Assembly (NCBI RefSeq): GCF_006345805.1
Contig: NC_043001.1
Location: 33,542,001 to 33,606,000 of the forward strand
DNA: 64,000 bases
Origin: Octopus sinensis
Lineage: Eukaryota
Direction: 5' to 3'
Within the stretch, counting starts at the first letter, position 1, and the number at the start of each line of letters is the position of its first letter. The notes under the pieces were generated by a model. The model made no database searches. It was given only the letters and a program-made list of their open reading frames with translations, and had not been told where the DNA came from. The translations under genes and the position numbers were made by a program. This document shows positions 63,069-64,000 of the stretch, in pieces.

Positions 63069-63454
63069 GGACAGATGCCTCATCAATGACAGAAGGGGGC
63101 GACCAGATCTGGGAGCTTTTTCCACAAAGTTCCGACCATGTTTGAATTCACGATGCCAGCGTTTTACAAGGTCATATGATGGGGCATCATCACCATAAGT
63201 TACTTTTATTTCATCAAAATTTTCCCGTGGTGTGCGTCCTTTCAAATACAAAAACCGCATCACTGCTCGACACTCAACAGGCTCCGTTTCACACTTGACT
63301 CAGTTCAAACACCTGTAAATCAGAAACCACAATTAGTTCAGAGCTGTAATTTGCCACTTAATCTATAGAGATATAAATAATTGCACATGCAAAATTTCAG
63401 CTAGATCAAACAACTGCAAGTGGGTCAGAGGCATTACTTATTGAACGCCCCTCG
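63069..63454 (-). mobile_element. mariner 5' end: TIR + transposase N-terminal HTH
   Basis: TA|CGAGGGGCGTTCAATAAAGTAATGC TIR; MRFLYLKGRTPRE..TYGDDAPSY..VKRWHREFKHGR..APRSGRP. Confidence 0.88.
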
Positions 63455-63477
63455 TAAAGTCATTTAATAATGATGAT

Positions 63478-63562
63478 AATATTTTACAGCTGTTTCAGTA
63501 TATATAGCTGGGGTAAATTTGCATTTACCTTTTTGCAATTGATAGACATCATCAGAACAATT
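63478..63562 (-). ncRNA. type I hammerhead-like motif (CUGAUGA core; stem II closing pair broken)
   Basis: UUGUU|CUGAUGA|UGUCUAU...AUAUACU|GAAAC-AGCU-GUA|AAAU. Confidence 0.45.
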
Positions 63563-63809
63563 ATATGTCAAAGATAAATAGAAGTAAATAGGAAGATGTA
63601 AAGAAAGGAAAGGAAAAAAAGAAGTAAAATGTTTGTTAATTCAATAGTCTTACATTTTAGTAAGGTCCATAATTCCATATATCAGTTGGAGCTTGATATA
63701 CCGAAACAGTTGTAAACATACTTTCCTTGTTATTAAATAACTTTAAAACACCAAAGATCTACTTCTAACTGTTATTATTGCTCCATTTCTTATCTTTTGA
63801 TATATACAT

Positions 63810-64000
63810 AGGTGCAGGCATGGATGTGTGGTAAGAAGCTTGCTTCCGAACTACATGGCTCCACGTTCAGTTCCACTGTGTGGCACCTTGGGCATGTGTC
63901 TTCTACTGTAGCTTCAGGCTGATCAAAGCCTTGTGAGTGGATTTGTGAGGCAGAAACTAAAAGAAGCCCATCATGTGTGTGTGTATGTGTGTGTGTGTGT
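63810..64000 (+). mobile_element. SINE-B 5' half (runs off the window)
   Basis: GTGTGGTAAGAAGCTTGCTT..GGCACCTTGGGCATGTGTC. Confidence 0.85.

Larger units (their letters stand above)
63005..63810. mobile_element. fold-back element with hammerhead-like motifs; left arm split by a mariner
   Basis: 38-bp perfect inverted repeat at 63023-63060 / 63756-63793; TTACAGCTGTTTC / GAAACAGTTGTAA. Confidence 0.75.

Overview
AT-rich, repeat-saturated animal genomic DNA. The SINE families and the microsatellite density resemble octopus/coleoid cephalopod DNA (recognised by resemblance, not by a database search). I could not support any host protein-coding exon, and nearly all ORFs in the track are microsatellite or SINE read-throughs. 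Real coding remnants are all transposon-derived: R4/Dong-clade RLE retrotransposon ends sitting in (TAA)n tracts, an RTE LINE (RT plus an embedded PHD finger), a CR1/L2 endonuclease fragment and two mariner transposase fragments. Working labels used below: SINE-A = tRNA-like SINE with a GCCTTTCATCCTTTCGGGGTCGATAAA core; SINE-B = tRNA-head/CORE-like SINE with a central microsatellite; RTE-tail = short 3' ends of the RTE LINE with (GAT)n tails; SINE-D and SINE-E = other tRNA-derived SINEs. There are also a non-autonomous Helitron, MITEs and several tandem duplications, some possibly assembly artefacts. The most interesting signal is a set of unrelated 250-800 bp fold-back elements carrying outward-facing minimal type I hammerhead ribozyme motifs. 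Their catalytic cores vary at the tertiary 3-8 base pair while keeping it complementary (CUGAUGA, UUGAAAA, GUGAACA). A Penelope-like family with loop-less minimal hammerheads is also present. All folding was done by eye, and repeat boundaries are approximate (about +/-10-20 nt) unless a TSD is quoted.
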